Assembly: GCA_963712275.1 (NCBI GenBank) | Contig: CAVQHD010000001.1 | Coordinates: 608,001 to 672,000, forward strand | Direction: 5' to 3' | DNA length: 64,000 nt | From: an uncultured Rhabdochlamydiaceae bacterium | GTDB taxonomy: Bacteria > Chlamydiota > Chlamydiia > Chlamydiales > Rhabdochlamydiaceae | Shown: one piece after another, positions 1-9,590 of the stretch | How positions within the stretch are numbered: the first letter of the stretch is position 1 | Layout of the letters: each line of letters opens with the position of its first letter | Position numbers and translations under genes: made by a program | Notes under the pieces: model-generated | Told to the model about the DNA's origin: nothing | Seen by the model: only the letters and a program-made list of their open reading frames with translations | Database searches by the model: none

Positions 1-786
1 AGCTCCTAAAAGTGTGGTGGGTTGGCAGGATGAAGATTTATTTTGATGTTGGTAATGAATATCAATTCCTAAGATCCATAATTTGGTCAGACTATATTCA
101 ATGCCAAGATTCGCAATCAATTGCTGTCCAGGAGATACCGTTTGATGGGTCTGGAAATTTCCTCCGTAAGCGTTAAATCCTCTAACAAAGACATGGGATG
201 GGATGACATAGGCTAGCGAAAGATTAAAAGTCGACGATGAAAAAGTCTTATGAAGAATAGCTGTGATCCAAGTTTCATAGGCGCCTGATCCTGAGACATC
301 GGCAAAGTGTTTTTCGGAATCAAGGTGTTGGTATTTGCCAGATGGGAAGCTCTCTTGTAAAGCGAGTCGAAAATCGGGGGTCCAAGAGTGAGCTTGATCT
401 TTTGAGATTTGAAATCCAAGCGATACTTGGGTATCTCCGTAGAGGTAGGAGTTTCTAGAGTTGGAGTGGGTGGCTATGCCGTTCAGATAAAGAGTTAAGT
501 CAAGCCAATTCGTGAGCCCTGTTTCCAATTCGACTTGAAGCTGAATGCTTGAGAATTGAGGGCGGTGAGTCGATTTCCAATGGGAATTATAACGACCCCT
601 TTGCTGAGTCATGTACAAATAAGGCTCGAAGAGCCATTTTCCAGGTGGCGTATTGACCGCGGTCGGTGAAAGAAGCGTTCCTCCAAAGTTTGGCTGATTG
701 GAAGAGCGCTTTCCTTCTTCCTGTGTTGGAGTAGAGAAGAGAGGTGCCGTAGCAATAAGCAAGAAAAGAAAGAGGCGCTTCACCAT
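1..786 (-). CDS. Secreted, probable outer-membrane beta-barrel protein (partial; runs off window start)
   Basis: Manually translated, not in the ORF track. ATG at 786, MVKRLFLFLLIATAPLFS signal peptide, frame open to base 1, with alternating-hydrophobic beta-strand-like segments (NLGIEYSLTKLWILGIDIHYQH). Confidence 0.6.
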   Translation of the reverse strand, partial: MVKRLFLFLLIATAPLFSTPTQEEGKRSSNQPNFGGTLLSPTAVNTPPGKWLFEPYLYMTQQRGRYNSHWKSTHRPQFSSIQLQVELETGLTNWLDLTLYLNGIATHSNSRNSYLYGDTQVSLGFQISKDQAHSWTPDFRLALQESFPSGKYQHLDSEKHFADVSGSGAYETWITAILHKTFSSSTFNLSLAYVIPSHVFVRGFNAYGGNFQTHQTVSPGQQLIANLGIEYSLTKLWILGIDIHYQHQNKSSSCQPTTLLGA

Positions 787-796
787 TTAATTCTGT

Positions 797-907
797 TTGA
801 ACCTCTCGGCCCTACAAGGGCACGAGATTCCTGATTCATAGCTCCCAACTTAAGGGCAGCTCCAACAGGCTTTTACCCGCCATTCCAGCGGCTAGTCTGT
901 TAAGACA
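797..907 (-). mobile_element. IS200/IS605-family right-end / tnpB 3' remnant (omegaRNA-like scaffold) with no tnpB ORF
   Basis: Minus strand reads ...GCCTGTTGGAG...ATGAATCAGGAATCTCGTGCCCTTGTAGGGCCGAGAGGTTCAA. It has a subterminal hairpin, a terminal TTCAA, and a frameshifted TnpB-like tail (LAAGMAG/ACG...AMNQE). Confidence 0.7.
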
Positions 908-912
908 AGAAT

Positions 913-941
913 AGTTTAACAAAGTAGCGGAATTTATCCAA
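913..941 (-). promoter_or_regulatory. Putative sigma70/sigma66 promoter
   Basis: TTGGAT-17 nt-TAAACT directly upstream of the omegaRNA-like element. Confidence 0.45.
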
Positions 942-1006
942 GCGCTAAAGCACTTGGTTTTCTTCCGTCAACGGATAAAAGAAGGTCGATTTTTTCAGTT
1001 AATTGC

Positions 1007-1035
1007 TTGACAGATTAATTCTTTTGGGCTATCCT
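1007..1035 (+). promoter_or_regulatory. Putative sigma70/sigma66 promoter
   Basis: TTGACA-17 nt-TATCCT upstream of the AAA ATPase gene. Confidence 0.55.
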
Positions 1036-1063
1036 AAAGTTGAACTTTAAATTATCCAAGTAT

Positions 1064-2230
1064 ATGTATAAGAGAGACTTAAGTTCTGAATTGACCGCCT
1101 TAGCTCAAGATTATCCTGTCGTAACGGTGACCGGGCCGCGTCAGTCGGGAAAGACAACGCTCGTTAGAGATGTTTTTCCGAGCAAGCCCTATGTTAATTT
1201 GGAGGCGCTCGACATTCGAGAAATGGCTCGTCTTGATCCCCGAGCTTTTTTAGCACAGTATCCAGCAGGGGCGATTTTAGATGAGATTCAGCGAGTTCCT
1301 GAACTTCTTTCCTATATTCAAGTAACTGTTGATGAGGCGGATACCAAGGGGATGTTCATTCTCACGGGAAGCCATCAGCTAGAATTGCATCAAGCGATTG
1401 CGCAGTCGCTTGCTGGAAGAACTGCGCTCCTTCAACTGCTTCCGATGAGTCTTGATGAGCTTGCAAGAGCTGGAATTGAACTTTCTTTGGATGAGACTCT
1501 TCTAAGAGGAGGCTATCCAAGGATTTATAAGGATGAGCTAGACCCAACAAAAGCCTACCGAAATTACTTTCAAACCTATGTCGAGCGAGATTTGCGGCAG
1601 CTGATTCAATTAAAGGACCTGACGCAGTTTCAGCGGTTCATTCGGATGTGCGCTGGGAGAGTTGGGCAAATGTTAAACCTGGAGAGTCTGGGAAATGATG
1701 TAGGGGTTTCTTCTCCGACAGTCAAAGAGTGGCTTTCAATCTTAGAAGCCTCTTTTATCATCATTCGTTTGCAGCCGTATTATGAAAACTTTGGCAAAAG
1801 ACTTGTCAAGACATCAAAGCTGTATTTTATAGATGTGGGACTTGCGAGTTATCTGCTCGGTATTGAAAACATCATTCAGATGGCAAGAGACCCTCTGCGA
1901 GGAAATCTAATTGAAAATCTTGTTGTTCTAGAGCTCATTAAAACACGCTTGAATCAAGCACTCGATCCTCAGCTCTATTATTTTAGAGATTCTCATGGGC
2001 ATGAAGTCGATTTGATTTTTCAATCGGGACATCAGCTCATTCCCATTGAGATCAAAGGCGCCAAAACATTCAACTCTGATTTCCTGAAGAATTTATCTTT
2101 TTTTCAAGAACTGGTACGTGAAAGGTGTACAAATGGATATCTTATCTACGCGGGGGATCAAGAGCAAAAAATCGGCCTTTTTCAGATTATCAACTATAAG
2201 CACACAGTTTCTATTTTGAAACAGGATTGA
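1064..2230 (+). CDS. AAA_14 ATPase with DUF4143 domain (ATP-binding protein)
   Basis: Walker A GPRQSGKTT, Walker B ILDEIQ, LTGS motif, KLYFID, C-terminal EVD...IEIK. Confidence 0.9.
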   Translation: MYKRDLSSELTALAQDYPVVTVTGPRQSGKTTLVRDVFPSKPYVNLEALDIREMARLDPRAFLAQYPAGAILDEIQRVPELLSYIQVTVDEADTKGMFILTGSHQLELHQAIAQSLAGRTALLQLLPMSLDELARAGIELSLDETLLRGGYPRIYKDELDPTKAYRNYFQTYVERDLRQLIQLKDLTQFQRFIRMCAGRVGQMLNLESLGNDVGVSSPTVKEWLSILEASFIIIRLQPYYENFGKRLVKTSKLYFIDVGLASYLLGIENIIQMARDPLRGNLIENLVVLELIKTRLNQALDPQLYYFRDSHGHEVDLIFQSGHQLIPIEIKGAKTFNSDFLKNLSFFQELVRERCTNGYLIYAGDQEQKIGLFQIINYKHTVSILKQD

Positions 2231-2918
2231 GCAGGAGCTTCTTTTCCTTTTCTGTCAGGGGGCGGTATTCTCCCACATCGAGATTGCCGAGGACAAGAGG
2301 GCCAATGCGGATGCGGTGCAAAGAGAGAATGGTGAGTCCAGCTTTTTGAACAAGGAGGCGGACTTCCCGTTTTTTTCCCTCGTGAACAACAACGGTGAGA
2401 GTTCCTCGACGAACCTTCGCAACTCGCGCTGGCTTGACCCACGTTCCTTCAACGAGCCCTCCCTTCGAAATGGAGCGGAGATGTTCGTCAGAAATCTCCT
2501 GCGCTGTTTTAATGAGGTATTCTTTTGTCAGCCCCTTGGAAGGGTGGATCACTTCTTGGGCAAAGTGGCCATCATTTGTCACGATGAGAAGTCCTGTCGT
2601 GTCGCGATCAAGGCGGCCAACTGTAAAAAGACGGTAGGGAAGGTGGGTGAAAAGATCGACAACAAGTTTTTTAGATCCAAGCCTTGCACTGCTGCAAATA
2701 TACCCTTTAGGCTTGTTGAGAATAAAGTAAACTTTTTCCTGCTCTTTTTTGAGAGGCTCTCCATCGATGGAAATCGTATCTTTTTCCCAAGAAACAAGGG
2801 TTTGCGGGACTAAAACGACCTGCCCATTGACAGAGACTTTCCCATTAAAAATTAATTCTTCACATGCTCTCCGAGAGGCGACACCTGCGGAGGCTAAAGC
2901 TTTACTTAACCGTTTCAT
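2211..2918 (-). CDS. rluB: rRNA pseudouridine synthase (RsuA/RluB family) with S4 domain
   Basis: RLSKALASAGVASRR, NKPKG, VGRLDRDTTGL, EGKKREVR. Confidence 0.9.
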   Translation of the reverse strand: MKRLSKALASAGVASRRACEELIFNGKVSVNGQVVLVPQTLVSWEKDTISIDGEPLKKEQEKVYFILNKPKGYICSSARLGSKKLVVDLFTHLPYRLFTVGRLDRDTTGLLIVTNDGHFAQEVIHPSKGLTKEYLIKTAQEISDEHLRSISKGGLVEGTWVKPARVAKVRRGTLTVVVHEGKKREVRLLVQKAGLTILSLHRIRIGPLVLGNLDVGEYRPLTEKEKKLLLNPVSK

Positions 2919-2956
2919 CAGGGCATAATCATAACACAAAGGAGCATCTGAATACA

Positions 2957-3640
2957 ATGGGAAGAGAAGGGAGCTTGATTTTACTGAGACACGGCGCTTC
3001 TGTTTGGAATGATAAAAATTTATTTACTGGATGGGTTGATATTCCTCTTAGTCCTCGTGGTGTTGAAGAATCACTCAAGGCGGCTAAGGTGATTGCCAAG
3101 CATCGAATTGACGCGATCTTCACATCATCGCTTATTCGGGCGCAAATGACAGCGATGCTTGCAATGATTGATCATGAGAAGATTCCTTATGTCCAGCACT
3201 CCGGAGAGGGCGCTTTAGAAGAATGGGGTGTTGTCCATAGTCAAGAGGCAAAAGAGGGAATGGTTCCCGTGATCATCGCATGGCAGCTCAATGAGCGCAT
3301 GTATGGGCAGCTCCAGGGGATGAATAAAGACGAAATGCGGAGAAGGTATGGGGAGCAGCAAGTGAAACGGTGGCGCAGGAGTTATGATGAGGCGCCTCCA
3401 GAGGGAGAGAGCTTGAAAATGACAAGCGAGCGAACAATTCCTTATTTTCAGGAGGAGATTCTTCCCCTAGTGGAAAAAGGAGAGCATGTGTTCATTGTCG
3501 CTCATGGTAACTCTCTTCGATCGATTGTCATGATGCTCGAAAATCTATCTCCAGCGCAGGTAGTCGAACTTGAAATTCCCACCGGAGTTCCTTGGATTTA
3601 TCAGAGAGAGCAGGGGGAGTGGAGACGTCATGTCGAGTAG
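2957..3640 (+). CDS. gpmA: 2,3-bisphosphoglycerate-dependent phosphoglycerate mutase
   Basis: LRHGASVWN...FTGWVD, LNERMYG, AHGNSLR. Confidence 0.95.
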   Translation: MGREGSLILLRHGASVWNDKNLFTGWVDIPLSPRGVEESLKAAKVIAKHRIDAIFTSSLIRAQMTAMLAMIDHEKIPYVQHSGEGALEEWGVVHSQEAKEGMVPVIIAWQLNERMYGQLQGMNKDEMRRRYGEQQVKRWRRSYDEAPPEGESLKMTSERTIPYFQEEILPLVEKGEHVFIVAHGNSLRSIVMMLENLSPAQVVELEIPTGVPWIYQREQGEWRRHVE

Positions 3641-4721
3641 AAGGGTTCATCTCAATTCACAGGTCGCTACCCGTCCTTCCGAGCGTGTTTTGCTGACGAT
3701 GGATACGTTTTATCGAGATCGGTGGAATCAGCTCGATCTTTACCGCGATATAGAGGCATCTATGAAAGACATCTATCGGCTATTTGAAGCAGATAGTGCT
3801 TTTCATTTTCATCTGACCCCAGGAGGGTTTCCTGCGATGCAGCATCTTCTTCTCCATTTTTATCTCAATGAAGTGCGCGTATCTGGAAAAAATCATTTTT
3901 TATCCAGCACTGTTGAGGAGGCTCCTATCTTAAAGGCGCTGAGCCAAATGGAACTGATAGGGTGCGGAGTTAAGTTTGTTTCAGTGAATGAAAAGGGGCA
4001 GATTGATTTAAACAAGCTCAAAGAATTGATAGGCCCTAAAACATCTCTGATTTCCATCTCAGCTGTCTGTGCGATGACAGGGGTTTTGCAGCCGATTCCT
4101 GAGATTGTGGAGATCTGCCATGCAAAAGGGGTTAAGGTTCACGTGAATGCAACTCATGCGATCGGGACTTGGGGAGTTTCTCTTAAAGAATGGCCCGTTG
4201 ATTATTTAACATTTGATGGAGATAAAATGGGGACTCCTCCTGGGGTTGGTGGATTATTTGCTAGAGAGCCCCTTCAAGATTGCATGCATAGCGCTCCTCT
4301 TCTTTTAGGTCTTGCCGAGGCTATTCGCGAGGCTACCGCAAGGCAGGAGCAGTTTGCGATGGAGATGGCTAGGCTTCGCCATCAGTTTGAAGAGGAGCTT
4401 TTAAAAACGGTTGGAGATTGTGTAGTGATTGCCCGCGAGGAAGAGAGAGTGCCCCATATTTTTGCCCTCTCTTTTGCAGGGCTGATGAATGAAGCTCTTC
4501 TTTATGCGCTCCACCTGCGCCATGTCGATGCTTCGATTGGAGGGGGGCAATTTCAAACCTTAACAGCGCTTCTTAAACAATGGGGCTGCTTAGACTCGGT
4601 AGCTCTTGGCAGCATCAGTTTTGCTTTGAGTTATGGGATTCAAGAGGATGATTTAGCACGAGCGCTTGATGCGATCGTCAGCTCTGTACGCGCTTTAAGA
4701 AAAATGAGTGCCGTCTTATGA
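3630..4721 (+). CDS. Class V PLP aminotransferase, cysteine desulfurase-like (divergent)
   Basis: IscS-like fold motifs (VHVNATHAIG, TFDGDKMG.PPGVG), adjacent to nifU. The canonical GSAC catalytic motif is not seen. Confidence 0.75.
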   Translation: MSSRRVHLNSQVATRPSERVLLTMDTFYRDRWNQLDLYRDIEASMKDIYRLFEADSAFHFHLTPGGFPAMQHLLLHFYLNEVRVSGKNHFLSSTVEEAPILKALSQMELIGCGVKFVSVNEKGQIDLNKLKELIGPKTSLISISAVCAMTGVLQPIPEIVEICHAKGVKVHVNATHAIGTWGVSLKEWPVDYLTFDGDKMGTPPGVGGLFAREPLQDCMHSAPLLLGLAEAIREATARQEQFAMEMARLRHQFEEELLKTVGDCVVIAREEERVPHIFALSFAGLMNEALLYALHLRHVDASIGGGQFQTLTALLKQWGCLDSVALGSISFALSYGIQEDDLARALDAIVSSVRALRKMSAVL

Positions 4722-5485
4722 TTTTTTATTCTCCTCATCCGTGGCATGCCTATGGTAAAAAATTAAGTCAAAAAATCAACCAGCCGCAATTTGTAGGTTT
4801 TTTTCAGCCGGCGGATGCTCAAGGAAGAACTCTTCGTTTAGTCGTTGGCAGGGGCTCAGCGCCAGGTGGATACCAGATTGCACTTTATTTGCTTGTGGAT
4901 GAAATGGATGGGGTCATTGCCGATATCCGATATCAGATGATAGGTCCTTCTATTTTGATTGGGGTTCTCGAGGCTGCTTGTCAATTTTTGCTTCGAAAAA
5001 ATTATGAACAAGCACGGCGCATGAGCGGTGATTTAATTGATCGAGAAATGAGAGATCGAGAGGGTGAAGAAGCCTTTCCAGCAGAATATTACAGCTATCT
5101 TAATTTAGTACTTGAAGTTGTTGAGGGGGCAGCGCAGCAGTGCACAGATATTCCAATCAATGAAACAGAGTTAATCTCCCCTCTTTCTTCTGAAATGTTC
5201 AGTGGCAGTGGAATAGAAGGATGGGAAGCCTTTCCCCATGAAAAAAAAATAGCGATCCTTGAACAGGTGATTCAAAATGAAATCAGACCCTATATTGAGC
5301 TCGATGCAGGAGGGATTCAAATTGTTCATCTTTCAGATCAACATGAACTCACCATCGCCTATGAAGGATCTTGCACGTCTTGCCATTCCGCAACGGGATC
5401 GACCTTAAATGCCATTCAGCAAATCCTCCAAGCGAAAGTCTACACCTTGATTCGGGTCATCCCCGATCTTTCGTTATTGACCTGA
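4718..5485 (+). CDS. nifU: NifU-family Fe-S cluster protein
   Basis: C-terminal IRPYIELDAGG...YEGSCTSC NifU domain and a degenerate IscU-like N-domain. Confidence 0.85.
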   Translation: MIFYSPHPWHAYGKKLSQKINQPQFVGFFQPADAQGRTLRLVVGRGSAPGGYQIALYLLVDEMDGVIADIRYQMIGPSILIGVLEAACQFLLRKNYEQARRMSGDLIDREMRDREGEEAFPAEYYSYLNLVLEVVEGAAQQCTDIPINETELISPLSSEMFSGSGIEGWEAFPHEKKIAILEQVIQNEIRPYIELDAGGIQIVHLSDQHELTIAYEGSCTSCHSATGSTLNAIQQILQAKVYTLIRVIPDLSLLT

Positions 5486-5593
5486 GTTTTGAGTTCTTCA
5501 CACCGCTCATTCTTTATTTGACTTATATCTAATTTTAGATCAGAATTTTTTTGTTTTCTGTGCAAGACCAATTGAATTAGGAAGAAATTGAGT

Positions 5594-6700
5594 ATGGCTA
5601 AAAAAAACCCACCAGCCACCAAAAAAACCGAAATATCTTCAGCAAATTACACGAAATTTATTACTTCCCTTAAAACCAAGATTCGATCCGCCCAAATCAA
5701 GGCAGCGGTCGCCGTCAACAGCGAACTAATCAAGCTATGTTGGGAGATTGGAAAGGAAATAGTTGAAAAACAAGAGCGAGAGGGATGGGGCAGTGGAGTT
5801 CTGGAGCGGGTGGCCAAAGACCTCCAAAATGAGTTTCCCGGCATTGAAGGGTTTTCTAGGGCTAATGTCTTTAGAATGAAGGCTTTTTTTACTGCCTACG
5901 AAAAAGTCGCACAAGCTGTGCGACAATTGGAATCTCTGCCTATTTTTTTGATCCCATGGGGTCACAATATTCTCCTACTTCAAAAAACAAAAGATGCCAA
6001 CGAACGCCTTTGGTACGCCTCTAAAGTCATAGAACATGGTTGGAGCAGGAGCGTGCTCACAATTTGGATTGAAAATGGCCTATACCGTAGGGAAGGAAAG
6101 GCAATTACAAACTTTAAGGCAGTCTTGCCGCCCTTTCAATCAGATTTAGCGCAGCAAACTACGAAAGATCCTTACGTCTTCGACTTTATTACCCTACACA
6201 AGGAGCATTTAGAAAAAGACCTAGAGAGAGAGCTGGTTAACAATATCCAAAAGTGCCTGATCGAACTAGGGCAAGGATTTGCATTTGTTGGGAAGCAATA
6301 CCCGATCAAGGCTGGTAAAAAAGACCTGTACATCGATTTGCTATTTTACCATCTAAATTTGAGGTGTTACATAGTCGTCGAGCTTAAGGCTGGAGAATTC
6401 GATAGTCGCGATGCCGGACAAATGAGCGCCTACCTTTCAGCAGTAGACGATCAGCTCCGAAATGAAGATGATAAACCAACTATCGGACTCATCTTTTGCA
6501 AGACAAAGGACAACGTGTTTGTGGAATATGTCCTAAGAAACTTCAATCGCCCAATGGGAGTGGCTGAATTTGAAGTAAAATTAGTTGAAAAGCTCCCGAA
6601 AGACCTGAAGTCAAGACTTCCTACAATAGAAGAAATTGAGGCCGAACTAAGCGTTATGTCCACTGAAAAGAAGAAGTCCTCAACAAAGAAAAAGTCTTGA
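5594..6700 (+). CDS. YhcG/DUF1016 PD-(D/E)XK nuclease-domain protein
   Basis: AVNSELI..WEIG, KDPYVFDF, ELGQGFAFVG, IDLLFYH...VELK. Confidence 0.92.
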   Translation: MAKKNPPATKKTEISSANYTKFITSLKTKIRSAQIKAAVAVNSELIKLCWEIGKEIVEKQEREGWGSGVLERVAKDLQNEFPGIEGFSRANVFRMKAFFTAYEKVAQAVRQLESLPIFLIPWGHNILLLQKTKDANERLWYASKVIEHGWSRSVLTIWIENGLYRREGKAITNFKAVLPPFQSDLAQQTTKDPYVFDFITLHKEHLEKDLERELVNNIQKCLIELGQGFAFVGKQYPIKAGKKDLYIDLLFYHLNLRCYIVVELKAGEFDSRDAGQMSAYLSAVDDQLRNEDDKPTIGLIFCKTKDNVFVEYVLRNFNRPMGVAEFEVKLVEKLPKDLKSRLPTIEEIEAELSVMSTEKKKSSTKKKS

Positions 6701-6761
6701 AGCCGTCGGTTTTCCAGCAACTTTCCCAAGTAAATAGAGCTATCGATAGCTTCATTAAGTC

Positions 6762-7478
6762 TTATTGATGTTTAATTAGGGCATTGATCAATTGCAGGCG
6801 AAGAGATGGGTTGGGGAGGATGCAACACTCACTTTGGAGGCTAAAGGTCGCGAATTTAGGAGAAAGAGCGCTAGCTTGGATTTCATGGTCGGTCATACAG
6901 AGAATGATGGGCAGGGGTACTTTTTTCTTTAGACGGGAAAAGAGAAGGTGTTTGTAGCAGAGCCTCAAGAGAAAAAAAGAGAGAGGGACAGAGCAGATCA
7001 AGGGAATCCAGGGAAATAAAAATAGGGCAGAGGCAAATAAGAAAAATTCCCATCGGCGCTCAAAAAGAGGCCCCAGCCATCGTTTCCAACGGCTGGAGGA
7101 AGCTGCATAGGCTAAAAATTCTTCAAATTTTGGTTCATTAAAAGTTTCTCGAGCTGCGTGAATGGCTTCATGAAGCAGAATTTCCTCCCGAGAGTTATTC
7201 CACAGGTTTTTGGATCTGAGTTGAATGAAAGGAAGCCCATTTTCAGTGGTTGCAAAGAGAGCCCCTTCCCAAGGGAGAAGGTGCTGAGATGAAAAATGAA
7301 TCGGGACCCAGTCAATGGAAAAGCCCCACGTGCTAAAGAGGGCTGGAGCGATTTGCCTCCACTCGGGGGATGGGAGGGGAGGTCTTGCCTCAGCACGCTT
7401 TAGAAAAGCCTCTTCTGACTCATCGGGTCCAGGAATCAATCCTTGCCGAAAGAAGGCAAGGAGCTTGTCAGCTTCCAT
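6762..7478 (-). CDS. Conserved chlamydial membrane protein with HExxH motif
   Basis: G.IPGP.E N-terminus, HEAIHAAR..F.EP.FEE motif, C-terminal TM segments. Confidence 0.65.
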   Translation of the reverse strand: MEADKLLAFFRQGLIPGPDESEEAFLKRAEARPPLPSPEWRQIAPALFSTWGFSIDWVPIHFSSQHLLPWEGALFATTENGLPFIQLRSKNLWNNSREEILLHEAIHAARETFNEPKFEEFLAYAASSSRWKRWLGPLFERRWEFFLFASALFLFPWIPLICSVPLSFFLLRLCYKHLLFSRLKKKVPLPIILCMTDHEIQASALSPKFATFSLQSECCILPNPSLRLQLINALIKHQ

Positions 7479-8532
7479 CGGCTCGGGCTACTTTCCGATA
7501 TTTAAGGAAAAGGAGGGTAAAGCCAATCACATTAATAAAAGAAAAAGCGCCAAAAACAAGAAGAATTTTGTTGGTTTTCTTGGAGATTTTAATGAGCCTT
7601 TCTCTCACAATCTTTTCAAATTCCGACTCGTTATCAAACCATGTTCCTTTGTAGAGATGGCGGCAAAAAATCGCAAGCCGATCTTCAGGCGCATTGAAGT
7701 AAAAGGCAGGAAAGGCAATGTCGCGGTTCCCTTCTTTATTGGCCAGGAGTTTGAAGGACTCTCCCAGGACATAAAATGTTCGGTGGGAGATTCTATTAAT
7801 CACTGCGTCGCGATCTTTGCCAGGGTAATCGTGTTCAATTCGATCCCACTCCCGTCCTAGCCATTCCATCACCCGTTTTAAGATCGGGTGTCCAGGGCGA
7901 GAGCCGACTAAGTTATTGGTCGGTAAGACAGAAGAACTAAGAGAGGTTTGGTAAGGCATTTCCATTCCGCAAAATAAATCATAAGCGCGGCATAGAGGTT
8001 CAAAGGGTTGAAAGCATTTAACATCATGGTCGACATAGATCCCCCCTTCCTGATAGAGAATCTCATATCTTAGAAGGTCTGATTTTTCTGCATAGTTATC
8101 GGATTTTTTATAACAGTCAAAGAGTTGAATGAATTGAAGGTCTTGAACACGAGCGAGTACCATTTGTTTGTGAGGAAGGGGGCGGTCTCGATCGGTCCAA
8201 AATTTGATGGTCCAATCAGGATTTTTTGCAATCCAGCTGCGAACATTTTCAATCGATTCCCGAGGAAATGGCTTAGGGCCAACCCAAATAAAGTGGAGCA
8301 CTTTAGGGATATGAAGCATTGTCGATTTTGCCTCTAGGAAAGGGATATTTTTCTCAAAGACAGACTTAAAAAATTGAAGATTTTCAAAGTCCTCTACAGT
8401 TTGGACATGTTTCCACGCGGGAAAGCCGCGCCCCATCAATGCTTCGAAATCATGTTTATCTAGCTTCTGCTCTGTTTTAGAACATCCCCATAAGAGAGGG
8501 AGGAGGACAAGTGCCCAAACCCATTTTTTCAT
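7468..8532 (-). CDS. GT32 (Och1-like, DxD) glycosyltransferase with lipoprotein signal and C-terminal TM
   Basis: IPKVLHFIWVG, SDLLRYEILYQEGGIYVDHD; LWGC lipobox. Confidence 0.85.
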   Translation of the reverse strand: MKKWVWALVLLPLLWGCSKTEQKLDKHDFEALMGRGFPAWKHVQTVEDFENLQFFKSVFEKNIPFLEAKSTMLHIPKVLHFIWVGPKPFPRESIENVRSWIAKNPDWTIKFWTDRDRPLPHKQMVLARVQDLQFIQLFDCYKKSDNYAEKSDLLRYEILYQEGGIYVDHDVKCFQPFEPLCRAYDLFCGMEMPYQTSLSSSVLPTNNLVGSRPGHPILKRVMEWLGREWDRIEHDYPGKDRDAVINRISHRTFYVLGESFKLLANKEGNRDIAFPAFYFNAPEDRLAIFCRHLYKGTWFDNESEFEKIVRERLIKISKKTNKILLVFGAFSFINVIGFTLLFLKYRKVARADGS

Positions 8533-9590
8533 TGAGATCTCCTGATTCTTAGAAAAAATAACCCAAAACAGATTAAAAGCAAACTTGAAGTCATTGTGGC
8601 GGCTTGGAAAAGGGAGAGGTGGTGAAATTTTTTTTCGATTTTAGAGAGGCTCTGCCAAGTCTCTTTTTCAAAGCGAGCCCGGTCTGATTTTCCTCCTGCC
8701 CAACTATTTGCAAAGAAATGTTGAGATAAAACGGGCTTCAGCCCCTTTTTAGCAAAGAAAAAAGCAGCGGGAAACACAATATCGATGTTTCCCGGTTTGT
8801 CGAGTTCGAGCTGGATTGCTTCAGTGAGAGGAAGGTAGGTTCGCTCAATCACCACTTGGGTTGGGTGGGAATACTCATTTTTGGCAAGCTTTTCAGCAAT
8901 TGGATCCCACCGCTCTTCAATGAGCTCGATAACTTTTTTAACCACAGGATGAAAAGGGCGTGAGGCGATGACTCCATTTCCTGCAGTGAGATTACGATGA
9001 ACAAAAGGGGGATGGGGAGCTTCAAGGCCGCAAAAAAAGTCATAGGCATGGTGATAAGGGTCGAAAGGAGTGAGACAATTGGCGTCGTGATCAACGTAGA
9101 TCCCTCCTTGCTGATAGAGAATTTCAAAACGGAGAATGTCTGACTTTTCTCCCCAGTTTTCTGAGGCAATATAACACCGCTCGAGGAATGGAAAGGGGTA
9201 ATCTTTGATCATAATGGTTTCCATTCCATGGCACGGCGGGTCGCGAGGGCGGTCTGTCCAAAACTTGAAAGTCCATCCGGGGTTTTGAGCCATCCAGGAT
9301 CGAACGTTGGCAACGGAGCTTGGAGGAAAGGGGCGAGGGCCCAGCCAGATAAAATGGACGACTTTAGGAATTTTCAAAGAACCTTTTGGCAGCTGAATAA
9401 GGGGTGCATGGCGATGGTAGAGCTTGCGGAAGTTTTCCAACGCTGCGATCTCGCTTTCTTGGCGCAGATGGGACCAATGTTTGGTTTTTGAGCCCATCCA
9501 GACATCAAAAGGGTCGTCGGATGTCGCCTGAATGGGAGCGGTAAACAGCAGCAGCAGAAATGTAACTAAAAAGCTAATGTCTCGTTTCAT
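8529..9590 (-). CDS. GT32 (Och1-like, DxD) glycosyltransferase with signal peptide and C-terminal TM
   Basis: IPKVVHFIWLG, SDILRFEILYQQGGIYVDHD; paralog of the neighbour. Confidence 0.85.
   Translation of the reverse strand: MKRDISFLVTFLLLLFTAPIQATSDDPFDVWMGSKTKHWSHLRQESEIAALENFRKLYHRHAPLIQLPKGSLKIPKVVHFIWLGPRPFPPSSVANVRSWMAQNPGWTFKFWTDRPRDPPCHGMETIMIKDYPFPFLERCYIASENWGEKSDILRFEILYQQGGIYVDHDANCLTPFDPYHHAYDFFCGLEAPHPPFVHRNLTAGNGVIASRPFHPVVKKVIELIEERWDPIAEKLAKNEYSHPTQVVIERTYLPLTEAIQLELDKPGNIDIVFPAAFFFAKKGLKPVLSQHFFANSWAGGKSDRARFEKETWQSLSKIEKKFHHLSLFQAATMTSSLLLICFGLFFLRIRRSQ

Noticed and set aside
213..419. 68-aa ORF in the track
   Set aside because: It is out of frame within the longer 786-to-<1 gene on the same strand.
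7468..9590. Large clostridial toxin/chlamydial cytotoxin call
   Set aside because: The proteins are only ~355 aa GT32-type with membrane anchors and lack toxin delivery domains.
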